A DNA stretch of 44,427 nt, counting the filler, from Catajapyx aquilonaris (Eukaryota), in the NCBI GenBank assembly GCA_000934665.2. It is 2 parts of 2 records of this genome, joined end to end, with 100 filler letters (N's around TTAATTAATTAA, not from the genome) between each part and the next. Parts side by side here need not be neighbours in the genome. Positions count along the whole stretch, not along the records: positions 1 to 22,121 come from JYFJ02005915.1; 1 more part is not named here. One strand, written 5' to 3'. Below are positions 1-11,157 of the stretch, in pieces. Positions within the stretch are counted from its first letter, which is position 1; every line of letters starts with the position of its first letter. Position numbers and translations under genes: made by a program. The notes under the pieces were generated by a model that worked only from the letters and a program-made list of their open reading frames with translations, was not told where the DNA came from and did not search any database.

Positions 1-89
1 GACTTTTCTTTCTGTTTCGAGTCACATAATTTTTGGATTCCCCCCCCCTCTTGCCACCCCTTCGTGCGCCCCACAGTTTGAGAACCGCT

Positions 90-312
90 GATTTAATGTT
101 ATTTTATTTTAAAAATATTATATTGAAAGTTATGGCCGCCCTTTGACAATTACCTTTTCTGCATGTAGTGGCAAATCAAGCTGTCAACAATTTGCTTCTC
201 TTTGTGATCTCGCCATCATTTCTTATTATTGTATTTGAGAAATATTATTTATTGCAACTCGCGGCCGCCCCTAGGCCAGTGCCTATTGTGCCTAATGGGA
301 AATCCGCCACTG
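90..312 (-). mobile_element. Partial hAT-like MITE, same family as 20366-20717
   Basis: Reverse complement matches 20366-20590 (CGGATTTCCCATTAGGCAC..CTGGCCTAGGGGCGGCCGCGAGTTGCAATAAAT); ends AAATCCGCCACTG. Confidence 0.75.
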
Positions 313-839
313 TATATTGTGCAAGAGTGAGAGAGGGAGAATTGTTAGTGGCCCACAATTTTCAATTTAGACAGAACTAGCACCAGAGCATAATGATGTT
401 GATGGATGAACGTGTGATGTTTATGAGATCTAGAATGATCAACCTTATGCTTGGAAGACCATAAAGGATGCATTACATACTGTATTTGCAGTTCCAGTCT
501 CCTATGCTGCGTGTCACCCAAACGCATCAGTCAATTTTCACTTGCACTATAGTGAATGATAATATAATTTTAAAAACTGATTTTGTACAACAGCTAGCCA
601 TTTTCGAACTACTTGTATAAGCGAAAATATACCATTAGTGACCTAGTGGGGTGACTCCGGACAGCAAAGATGATTTATTTTAGCATTTTAAAAAACAAAC
701 TTTTGTGTGAATAACTGTTGTGGTCTTCAATAAAGTGCATTTACTACTGTCTAATTTAATTTATTTAGAATTTTCCATCAATATGTCTTCGTGGGGCAGC
801 TGAAAAACTGCCAAAAAGCGTCCGAAGTCGTCCCATTCT

Positions 840-2971
840 ATGGTAACTGAATTTACACCATGGTATCTCTGGTTTTAATATACTGTAGAAGGCATTATGT
901 GCTCACATCAATTTATGCAATTGAAGACGTCACTTGCCAAAGTGCCTAACTCCAAGAGGTGAAATTTTTCAGGAGAGACTAAAAAGGCATATATGCATAT
1001 TTGCTCCATTCAGAGTGTCGCGGTTTATGATGCTCATGGGGCACCATTATACACACCTAGTGGCATAAGCATCATCTACTAGAAAGCAACAGGTCAGAGT
1101 CTATTGCAGGTCAAAATCAGTGAACTAGGGCCCTTTCGCAAGTGAACGCCCGCACCAACATTTCCTCTTGCAAATTTCAGTGGTATAGTCATGCCTATCC
1201 ATCTGAACACATCATATTCATAAAGTAGTACTACAGAGAAAGGTGTGACCCATTTTATTACCATCCTATGTTAATTATTATTAACATCAATCACAATCTG
1301 ATCTACGCCCAGTCAGTTGCCAAAGGGCCCAACTCCAATAGTAAGCCATGGACTGCAAAGCATCACATTCAATTTTAAGGCACTCCTGATTGACTTTGAC
1401 CCGTCATCTTCACTAGGGCTGTGAGGCCCGACTCCAAGAGTAGGAATCCGCAATAAAACGGTTATCGAAATTTTGGGAGTTGGGACCTTTGGCAAGTGAC
1501 GTCTTCAATTGCTTTTACAGAAATGTAATGAATTTTTGTCTTTCATTTCTAGAGAAATGAAACTGCCAAAAACAGTTACTTATGGAAGCCAGTTGAATTC
1601 GTGAATAGAAAACCATCTAATTTTCAGTATGCAATACTGATATTAAATCAGCAACTTTCCAAGTATATAAATCTGTCTGCTTTATGGGACAATGGTTAGT
1701 CATACAAGTTTGCTATGTCATTGCATTTGAAAGTTTATACTTGTGTACCTGAATCTAACCATTTACTTCTAACAGCACAGGTGAGAGTTACTGTAGATGG
1801 TGGCACAAACCACTGGCACAAGTACCTGGAGACACAACCCTCTGTATTGCATCCTGTTCCTGACATGATTACAGGGGATTTTGATTCAGTAACAAAGGAT
1901 ATACTGGAGCATTTTAAAAGACGAAGCTCACATGTAATTCATACTCCAGATCAGAGTGAAACGGACTTTACCAAATGTCTCAGGGAAGTGGCCACAACAA
2001 TTCAAATAAAGCGTTTGCAAGTAAGTGAATTTTGTTTTTCCTGTTCTTGCAAGTATGTAGTCTTGTAGTGGGTGTTGTGAAAATATGACACGCTACATAT
2101 GTGATACCACAGGAAAGGTGTAGAACACCACCTTTGGCATGTTGTAAAACTTGTGGCTGAGCTGCTAGTACCCTCCAAAGTTTGGGGAAAAGTTTTTAAA
2201 TTGCAATTTTGGTGAGCAGTGATTGTCCAAATTAGAAGTCCAGTAAAGGTGTTCTACACCTGTGGTATCATGCATGTATCATACTAATAGAGAGTACAAA
2301 GTTCTGATTACCAGATAACAAAAAAAATGAAAACCCGGTAAACACTGGTTCGCTTTTGTCGAGAGGATTTTCGCAAAAGTGGGAATTTCTTGGTAATATT
2401 GGATGACAAACCTAGATAGTTAAATAAATTTAGGAAGTTTAATTACAAAATTGGTGGATATTACAATACAGGAAGACAGGGAAGCTCTTGGCAGATCCAA
2501 TACTTATAGTTATTATTGGGAAATATCGAACGGATACCTCCAACTCTCCAAGTAATAAAGATCAGTACCTGCACCAAAAATCACCATTAACAATTAAACG
2601 TTTTTTTGGCAAAGAGGAACAATTCTAAGGTTCACGGCTCCAAGATTATAGATTAGCATTTGATGAAGAAGAAATATGCACCTTGTGTAACGATAAGGTC
2701 CCTAACACTAAACACCATATGATCTATGAGTGCAGGTTTGAAGATGAAGCCAGGGATCAAGCCATAGAGGAGTTCCCCAAGGTGCCAGCAGTAGCGATAC
2801 ATACAATATTAATCCAAATGCCGCGATATAAAGTGTTAGCCTCATATAAATTTTTTTGTCTAGTAATTAAGAAATTGAATTTCTGCAACATTATATTATA
2901 ACGAGGTGAGAGTCTTTCCATATGATTATCGGAAATAAAGCTAAAGCTGCTGCTGCTGCTGCTGCTGCTGG

Positions 2972-3012
<41 letters not shown>

Positions 3013-3773
3013 GAGAGTAATAATTGGGTTAGTGTATCTCCTGTATTGGGCATATAGCATAGTACCGTTAATGTCTTGTTTAGTGTACAAGCTTGGTCCT
3101 TTGTGTAATGCCCAGGTACCGTGAGCATAGGAGAGTTCACTGGGAGGTGCAAGTGCATGTGCAATGTCATTTGGTGCATTCTCCCTGGCAGGTAGTCTGC
3201 CATAAATAATTCCACTTGAGACAGAGGCATAGGAGTTACCTATTTAAATGTATTTTTTATAATTTATGAGAGTTGACCTCGTCAGGTCATCCCTCTGACC
3301 CCGCAAGGTCACTCAGGGTTGTGGTCGTGTAATACAACGGGTACAGAACATCTGTTTATTGGACCGACCAGCGTTGCTGGTTGCAACACGACTGACTCGA
3401 GTACAGAGTTCCCTCCAGGGCACCAGGCCCAAAACCAAGATACCGGCAGGTGCCCTCCTGCCATCTAGCTAGATCTAGACTAGACGATCTAGTGAGGGGA
3501 CTTAACAAATTATGTGCTGCAAAAAATTAATAGATAAAATGTGATGAATATTCTGGTTATGAAAATGAAGTGATATGGTGAATCATAGACTTGGATTATT
3601 TAATTTCAAACTTGACATTACATTCTCTGCATAAAATTCATAACCTGTTCCTCCTAGGCTATAATGGAATTTGTAATTAATTCTGAGCATGAAATTGAGT
3701 TGTTTTAAATGTGTTATAAATGGTTCTCCATCTTACTCTTGGAGACCTTGAAATTGCTGTATATTATTATTAC

Positions 3774-3811
<38 letters not shown>

Positions 3812-4091
3812 TTCTTATTATTATTATTATTATTATAATGGATACCCTGTGATAGGCCCCTTGGACCTCTTAGGGGATCATCTTTTCGTGAACCGTCTTT
3901 AATCATTGCCTGCGTGTGATGGATTTTGATTGCGGGAGGAAACGGGAGAACCCCGAGAAAACCCACGCGAACACGGAGAGAACCCATCGAAACTCTATCC
4001 ACATAAGCATCCTTTGCGCGACCCGGGGATCGAACTCGGGACCTTAGAGGTGGAAGGCTGTGGCGCTAACCACTCCACCACCGTGTTGTCC

Positions 4092-4126
<35 letters not shown>

Positions 4127-5579
4127 ATGTCATCTCCCACCCATCACCTTATCTGAATGCCACCCACTATGGACACACTAATGTAATAAGCAGGGGAAAT
4201 AAAACAAGGCGTGGAGTTGTCATATGTCATGCATTTGACACCATGGACCTCAGACAACATTATCCTGACAATGCCACACCTTAGTGACCCTCTTATCACC
4301 CCAACTTATCACATTGGGTGACCATAGAGGGTGGTGTCCAGACAAGGCAGTGAGTGGGAGTTGCCTTTTAATTTTAAAAATAGACAGTAGGTGTTAGAGG
4401 TTAATTTTGTTATATGATGTCACCTTTTTAAATATTTATATTTAAAAAATGCCTAGCATGACATGACCAGGAGGTAGATAACTACGTATAACGGGGAGGT
4501 GGAGTGGCACTGCGGAAAAGCACGTGCCCACGGTAAGGGTCACAGGTTCAATCCCAAGCCCGGGTTTTCCGTCCTTCATCTCGTATAGAGTTGGGTCGTC
4601 TCTGGCTTCATCTCGGGTGGGAGTCCTTAAGACTAACCGCCTGGGGGAACTCACAAAATGACCATATGAGACATTGCACTGCACCTTGCACTTCCCCTCC
4701 CACTCATCCCTGCCTGTGGGCCCAGACACTTCGTAAAAAGGTTCCAGTTGTGCAAGTACAATGTACATGAAGTTAATAATAAAGGTCTGTGTGATACCCC
4801 AAGAGGGGTCAAAGCACTACCCGGACCCGGAGGAGGTAGATAAGTACATAGCCTATATTTAATAAAAATACAGATTGTAAACATATTGTAAGGTACTATA
4901 ACAAATGCTTCATTTGAATGCTACTTGCTCTTGTTTTTCATTATTGAAGTTTACAAAACTTTTATTTAATATTTTTTTTAAATTTTACCCTGTGATAGGG
5001 TGGAGCTCTTTTAGGGGGGTGAAGTTTACAAAACTTAAATTGATGTTGCATTAAATACCAGTGTATTGTCGCCAGTCATTTGGCCAGTACACATTGACTC
5101 TTTGGCTGCATTATGTTCATCCTTTCTTATTTCAGTTACAGGGAGTCATTGCTTTAGTAGAAAACAGTGGGAGATTAGATCACGTGCTGGCCAACATCAA
5201 CACTCTTTTCAAAGCTCGCCAGATTTTGGATGTGCCAGTATTTCTGCTGTCCAGCAGTGCATTAACATGGTTGTTATGGCCTGGACGTCATGAAATTCAT
5301 CTGACTCCGGATTTTTACCCATGTTGGTGCAGCCTGATACCCATTGGAAATGAATGCAACAACGTCACAACTGCTGGTCTTCAGTGGAATTTAAGTATGA
5401 GTGAATAATGGACTTGCCCCTGCTGTGGATATTGAATTATTGAACTACTTTCAGATAAGGGTACCCTTCGATTTGGTGAATTAGTAAGCACATCTAATGC
5501 ATACTGTGGAGAAGACACGGTTGTCATTGAGACAGAGAAGCCCCTGCTGTGGTCAATGGGATTGCCTGGAGAAGAGTAG
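840..5579 (+). CDS. TPK1: Thiamine pyrophosphokinase 1 (spliced, ~257 aa)
   Basis: Exons 1553-1694, 1776-2020, 5136-5394 and 5455-5579 (TAG 5577-5579) join in frame via GT-AG introns. Motifs: [78 protein letters not shown]. The start is inferred as ATG 840-842 directly followed by donor GTAACT (phase 0 to 1553) and is less certain than the rest. Confidence 0.93.
923..1506. mobile_element. Non-autonomous DNA transposon (possibly Sola-like) in TPK1 intron 1
   Basis: 26-bp perfect inverted repeat 917-942 / 1487-1512 (GCAATTGAAGACGTCACTTGCCAAAG). AATT flanks may be a 4-bp TSD. Internal subterminal copy near 1316-1338. Confidence 0.7.
2096..2276. mobile_element. TA-flanked MITE (Tc1/mariner-type)
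   Basis: Inverted ends TGATACCACAGG..GTGTAGAACACC / GGTGTTCTACACCTGTGGTATCA with TA on both sides. Confidence 0.6.
2297..3010 (+). mobile_element. 5'-truncated, decayed non-LTR retrotransposon (LINE ORF2 3' end)
   Basis: CTLC-x9-H-x4-C zinc-knuckle in the 2683-2901 frame, AATAAA ~2934, (CTG)n(CTA)n tail 2947-3010, flanking direct repeat TAGAGAGTA (2288-2296 / 3011-3019). Confidence 0.7.
3267..3507 (-). mobile_element. Possible solo LTR
   Basis: GC-rich island in an AT-rich intron, TG...CA termini, AATAAA on the minus strand ~90 nt from its 3' end; TSD imperfect (ATTTA/AATTA). Confidence 0.35.
3762..3836. repeat. (TTA)n microsatellite
   Basis: Direct reading; a second tract lies at 4093-4125 on the other side of the SINE. 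Confidence 0.95.
3837..4091 (-). mobile_element. tRNA-derived SINE with V-domain-like core
   Basis: A-box TGGTGGAGTGG, B-box GAGTTCGATCC, core GTTCTCTCCGTGTTCGCGTGGGTTTTTCTCGGGGTTCTCCCGTTTCCTCCC; second copy at 22314-22531. Confidence 0.85.
4489..4830 (+). mobile_element. tRNA-derived SINE (second family)
   Basis: B-box-like GGTTCAATCCC; 20-bp flanking direct repeat AGGAGGTAGATAA(C/G)TAC(G/A)TA at 4469-4488 / 4831-4850; related copy at 36070-36335. Confidence 0.8.
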
Positions 5580-6266
5580 GTGCACTACTTCAGAAGTACA
5601 TGCTTTATCTTTTGACAAAGCACTTTATTGTACAAAGCTTAATTGAATCATTCAGTGATGGGCTGAATTTAACAGGGTACAAATATTATTATCCAGGGTT
5701 TTAAGCGGAAAATTTGTTTATTGCCTTAATTCCTTTATATTAGGATGTTGAAAATTTAAATCTTCAATTGGCACCATTGGTCACCTGCAGTATCCAAAGT
5801 TACCTGGTTCATAAAGCCATGCAAAATTGCGTTGTGAGAAAGTAAAAGGCTGCAGTGGATGTGCACTGGCATCCAAGGCAAAAAATGCTCTCTTTACACT
5901 ACTTCTTTACACTTGAATTAATTATGCTGCAGGGGTCGAAATATACAGATGAAAAGGTACAATTTGCACTCCAAATTTGTTATCTGCACTCCAAACTGAT
6001 TATTGGGAGTGCAAACTTTGCACTCCAGTTGGTCCTGCTTTTTAATGTGGCTAAATCCAGTAATGAAAAATTAAGCCCTTCGAGTAAGTGATTTGTAGAG
6101 TCCGGATTTTTAGGCACGAAAAAACCTCGAAATGGGCACGAAAAAACCCTCAAATAGGCACAAAAATGTTACTTTTGCGGGAGTATGGAGGATAATGTTA
6201 CAGAAAATAAAAAGTTAGAATAATTTTATAGTCCTAAAGTATAAGCCGGCCCTGGTGGTCTGGTGG

Positions 6267-8071
6267 CAAATATTATTAACGCGCTTCGCTAATATGGGAC
6301 ACTCCGGCCAAAAACTGGCGAAGCCGCTGCGCGCGCCATCTGTTGGCTCGGGGTGTTGTTAGCCCCTCAGCCCGCAGCCACTAGTGCAAATACGTCAATG
6401 TTTTCCAATTTAAATTAATTATTTCACAGCGTTTACGTGCATGACCCGTGCACCAAAAAATCAGAAATGATCTATATTAGGCCTACAGGTTAAGTATCCG
6501 GCTCTTTCGAGTGCTGACGCTACATGCCACTAAGGAAAATGAAACGAAAGGGAAGCTATTTGTTTGGCTCTAATTACTAACGTAAATGATAAATATAGTG
6601 CTTAACAATGGATTGGTCAAACACTTCATACTGCTGATAAATGATGTCATGCAATTCATGCCATATGACAGGTAGTGGTTGAACTTAAGTTAAGTGGAAT
6701 TAAGTCGTACAGGTTTAAAAGAAACTCCAGGGAAGAATTCAACTAACGAGGTTTTAATTATTATGCTTTACTCAACATCAGTGCACCCTATAGTGGTGCG
6801 TATTAAATTCGCAGATAATTACAATGCATTTAAATCTCATCACACATCTCACATTCAATTTTTATATAGGAATCACAGTAAAACTCTTGGATATTGTCCA
6901 CTCGTCTCTCTCTTCAAATTAAAATTGCAAATTGAAATATTTGGTGTCTAAGTTGTTCGTGACTTACCTCAAAGATAGTTATACTATGGTACACTTTTCA
7001 GGACATAGTAACAATAAATCATTTCATAGGCAATTAACCCTTAACTACTTAGGTGGAGCCGGAGTGGCTCCCACGGTATATTTAAATTTTTGCTTATCAG
7101 CTAAATTGTTATATTGGACTTTTCACATACAGAAAGTGCAGTTCAGATTATTAGGCTTCCGATAACGTAAAATCACACGCCGAGTCAGCATATTCCGACA
7201 GAAAAACAGGCCTTGTTTATGACTTAATTACATCACGTTTAAATATGGTTGAAGCCGCTCAGGCTCCATCTAAGTAGTTAAGGGTTAATTGCGTATGAAA
7301 TGATTTATTGCTACTATGTCCTGAAAAGTGTACCATAATATAACCATAGTATAACTATCTTTGAGGTAAGTCACGAACAACTTAGACACCAAATTTCAAT
7401 TTGCAATTTTAATTTGAAGAGAGAGACGAGTGGACAATATCCAAGAGTTTTACTGTGATTCCTATAAAAATTGAATGTGAGATGTGGGCTGAGAGTTAAA
7501 TGCATTGTAATTATCTGCGAATTTAATACGCACCACTGTAGGGTGCACTGATGTTGAGTAAAGCATAATAATTAAAACCTCGTTAGTTGAATTCTTCCCT
7601 GGAGTTTCTTTTAAACCTGTACGACTTAATTCCACTTAACTTAAGTTCAACCACTACCTGTCATATGGCATTAATATCATGACATCATTTATCAACAGTA
7701 TGAAGTGTTTGACCAATCCACTGTTAAGCACTTACGTGATATTTATCATTTATGTGAGTAATTAGAGCCAAACAAATAGCTTCCCTTTCGTTTCATTTTC
7801 CTTAGTGGCATGGAGCGTCAGCACTCGAAAGAGCCGGATACTTAACCTGTAGGCCTAATATAGATCATTTCTGATTTTTTGGTGCACGGGTCATGTACGT
7901 AAACTCTGTGAAATAATTAATTTAAATTGGAAAACATTGACGTATTTGCACTAGTGGCTGCGGGCTGAGGGGCTAACAACACCCCGAGCCAACAGATGGC
8001 GCGCGCGGCGGCTTCGCCAGTTTTCTGTAGAGTAGGTGTCCCGTATTAGCGAAGCGCGTTAATAGTATTTG
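6267..8071. mobile_element. 1.8-kb foldback (long-TIR, Mutator/FB-like) non-coding element, layer 4
   Basis: Arms ~6267-7037 and ~7285-8071 are near-identical reverse complements; 9-bp TSD GTCTGGTGG (6258-6266 / 8072-8080). Confidence 0.9.
7038..7284. mobile_element. piggyBac-like MITE at the centre of the foldback, layer 5
   Basis: TTAA|CCCTTAACTACTTAG...CTAAGTAGTTAAGGG|TTAA; its ~48-bp TIRs are more diverged than the surrounding arms. Confidence 0.6.
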
Positions 8072-9403
8072 GTCTGGTGGTTAGCGCGCTCGCCTCTAGA
8101 CCCAAAGTTGTGGGTTCGAACCCGGCCAAGGTCGGTGACTTTTCTCCGGGTGGTAGAAAAGTGAGAGTGCGCCTTCCTTCGGAGGGGAAGTAAAGCCGTC
8201 AGTCCCGTGTGCTTGTGACATTGCGCAAATGCACGTTAAAGATCCCCAGAGTGGCCAAATTTCCAGGAGGAGGACCACCCCCTGGCGTCGGTGTTTAGCC
8301 TTAGCAGCAGAAATAGGCCGACATTAAGCCCCACTGATAGTCCTAAAGTATAAAAGTTCACAAACCATAGCAAAACCCGAATAACAACGATAAACTGACA
8401 GGAAATCAAAAGACACAAAGTCAAGCAAGTATCACTTTCTCTGGACTCTACCGCTTATAGCCAGTTTCCACTTGCACAATATGTTGCCAAATATTTGTTT
8501 CAAATTTTCCTCTGTTTGGAACAATCCGCAGGAAATTTAGAAAAATATTTGGCATACTCGTCACGGAAACATGATTCGTAGTATTACTTCTGAACGATTT
8601 TAGTCCTTTCAGGAGCACAAAAAATACTCTGCAAAAAAAAAAAAAAAACTGCGTTTGAAGGAATATGTCAAAAAAGTCCCAAAATTGCTGCAAAAAGTTC
8701 AAAAACTATCCCAAAAAAGGCCAAATAGGCATGAAAAGTCGCAAAAAGCCAGAATGGGCAAAATAGTTCCAAAAACCACAAAATAGACAATTTTTGGCAC
8801 CATAAAACCTACATTTTCCACATCCTTCACTTATGAAATGGATAGATCTCTTCACAAAACCATCCCAACTGTAAAGGAACTAAATAGGCATTTGCCTAAA
8901 AATCCGGACTCTAGTGATTTGCATTCCAGTTGAAGGTTTGCAGTGCAAACTTTGCACCTGGACAAAAAATTTCAGATTCGACCCCTGATGCCACCAAAAT
9001 TGGCTTAGATGCTTATAGCTGTGCATATGAATACAGTATGTTCCATTCCAGTGCATGCAGTGGCTAGCAAAAAATTCCTATTCCATTTAATCCAATTGAA
9101 GGATCTGTAAAGGTTATCAAAAAATTGCTAAACCTTACAGATATACTTCAACTGGAATGATATGTATGTTCACAGATGTATGACCTGTAGAATTTGTAGC
9201 ATTGGCAAAATATAATGCATGTTACCATAAGCAACCTATGTAAAGATTTATAAAACCTTTTTTTCTTCTTCTTCTTTACTTTGGCATTTTGCCTTTGATG
9301 GCAGTTCATGAAATGGCACCTTAATGTATTGTCAACAAAAATTAGGTGCTTGTGCAATAGTAATACATACTGCATTTCAGTATTAATAGGGGAAAGGTCA
9401 TTT

Positions 9404-9650
9404 GAGGGGTGTGGTGGAAAAGCATGATAACCTTTAAAAATGTAATTTTTCAGGAGAGCAAATTTAAGTTTAATTTAATTCTCTTCACATATCATAGGGA
9501 ATGCTGGTTTTGATATAGTACATGCTGCTGTCTCGTGCATGATACTTGAACTTGTACCAAACTGTTTGTCATGTCTTTTACATAGTTGCTAGGTGTTTAG
9601 GTCAAAACTGACAAGAATGAGGGTTATCATGTTTTTCTACCACACCCCTC
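9404..9650. mobile_element. Sola2-like MITE
   Basis: ~29-bp TIR GAGGGGTGTGGT(G/A)GAAAA(G/A)CATGATAACC, GAG termini, 4-bp TSD ATTT (9400-9403 / 9651-9654). Confidence 0.75.
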
Positions 9651-11066
9651 ATTTGTTCTCAGCATCATATTTTTGGTTGTAAATTTGTGCTATAAATTTG
9701 GCGCAACTACTTAGTTCTGCTGCTTTCGCTGTGCTCCTGTTGACTGTATTTTGCTGCATGGCAGGTGTTTGCCAGTGAGAGAAAATAATAAGGATGAGAA
9801 TCTAGATAGGATGAATCACAATGGTACAAGCACCAAGTGTCAGCAAAGTGGCTGTGAGCCCCTTTCTGATCTTGTAACTATAAAATCAGAAGCTAAATAA
9901 ATTATTGCTGCTTTTCCAGGGATTTATCATTTCAATGTGGCATTCATACATTCTACAATCTACTGCATGTCAAATGAATGTGTCCAATGTAATACTTGTC
10001 CAGTCTGCTATAAAGGAGTATCCTTCCACACCAGGCCGAGAAATTAGCGACTCTGGTGACGGAACACTGCAAACCAAGTCTCCCAAACTTCCTATTCAAA
10101 TCTACGATAGTATATGCATGGTCCATCCGTTCCTTTGCATCACATCACTACTGAGGCCTGTTCGCATCCATATTGTCATTATCCATTCTAATAATGTAAT
10201 AATTTTCGCTGCAGTGTAGGGGTGTCGCTCCTCAATTTAGTCGATCAGCGGGGAGGAGGGGGGGGGGGACCTCTAAAGATCCACGCTATCAGAGGGGAAG
10301 TTGCCAGACCTGTTGGCCTATGTAGTGTATTTTACTTTATAGGAAAACAAACATTATGGAAAAGAATTTGATCCCAATAACTAACTTGAATGTTGCTTCA
10401 GAATGTAAGTACAAATCCTGCTGATACGATTAGTCAGCCCCATGCACAACCTGCACAGGATTAAATACCAAGGTGTAACAGGTCTGTCCTGCATTTTTTT
10501 ACCATTTCAACACAGACCAGCAGTGATACTACAGGATTTCAAGTGCTATTATTTGTCATGGAACTGAAATCACCAGTGTCATCTAGTGTAATTTTGCCTG
10601 AAAATTTATTACCCTTGTACCTGGTGTCCAACAAGAATTGTCGCAGCGGCAGCACACGAACTACAGTCTCTCGTGTCCTTGTGCCCGTAGATTGTAGTTC
10701 GTGCACTGCCGCTGTGACAATTCTTGTTGGACTGATAGTACCCTGCACTCATTTTGATTAAAATGCAGATAAGTGCATTTCATCTTCTCAAGAGTTATCT
10801 TACATCTTGGGGGTGGATTCAATAACATGTGCAAATAAAATGTATGAAGCATGTCCATTACAATCATGGCACATATAATCAATATGCAATCCAGCTTATA
10901 TGCATGTATTATGGAATTCACCCCCTGGTGTGCATTGCATAGGGCTATGAAGTACAGTTTGTGTTACCCCAGGGAATAATTTCACATGGTGTTTGAATGA
11001 GACTAGTTATTTGCCTGTCTAGAAATCACTGTCACATAAAAGATTGGTCACATTGTTAACATAGCT

Positions 11067-11072
11067 TTTATT
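11067..11072 (-). promoter_or_regulatory. Putative polyadenylation signal of the V-ATPase a gene
   Basis: AATAAA on the minus strand ~85 nt after the TAA stop at 11158. Confidence 0.6.
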
Positions 11073-11157
11073 TCGCCTACAAGCATAACTTCAGACCACA
11101 ATGACCTAAAGTACAGTACATTTATGTGGATTTTTAAATTCTGGAACTCCACTTTCT

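Larger units (their letters stand above)
6245..8336 (+). mobile_element. tRNA-derived SINE with Deu/Nin-like core, split by the foldback insertion, layer 3
   Basis: Head 6245-6266 continues at 8081 (TGGTCTGGTGGTTAGCGC...GGGTTCGAACCC); core GGAAGTAAAGCCGTCAGTCCC..GCACGTTAAAGATCCC; perfect 17-bp TSD ATAGTCCTAAAGTATAA (6228-6244 / 8337-8353). Confidence 0.9.
6096..8913. mobile_element. hAT-like non-autonomous element, layer 2
   Basis: 21-bp perfect TIR TAGAGTCCGGATTTTTAGGCA; perfect 8-bp TSD GTGATTTG (6088-6095 / 8914-8921). Confidence 0.9.
5930..8987. mobile_element. hAT-like MITE, outermost layer of nested stack
   Basis: TIR CAGGGGTCGAA (5930-5940) / TTCGACCCCTG (8977-8987); TTTGCACTCCA-type subterminal repeats on both sides; TSD not preserved. 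Confidence 0.65.

Noticed and set aside
3270..3300. CTGACGAG on the minus strand (hammerhead core?)
   Set aside because: No stem II or GAAA follows.
2757..4284. ORFs with poly-S, poly-Y, poly-N, poly-I, poly-L (also poly-A/V/T at 14203-14517)
   Set aside because: Translations of trinucleotide microsatellites.
340..5930. TPP riboswitch in or near the thiamine pyrophosphokinase gene
   Set aside because: No CTGAGA...ACCTGAT...AGGGA aptamer core found by eye on either strand; an Infernal RF00059 scan would be definitive.
6694..7165. ORFs inside the foldback arm
   Set aside because: Short, no domain, and disrupted by indels in the mirror arm.
8072..8130. tRNA-like sequences here and at 4020-4091, 4495-4560, 15060-15120, 36070-36090
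   Set aside because: A/B boxes run into SINE bodies with TSDs and tails; no complete cloverleaf, so not tRNA genes.
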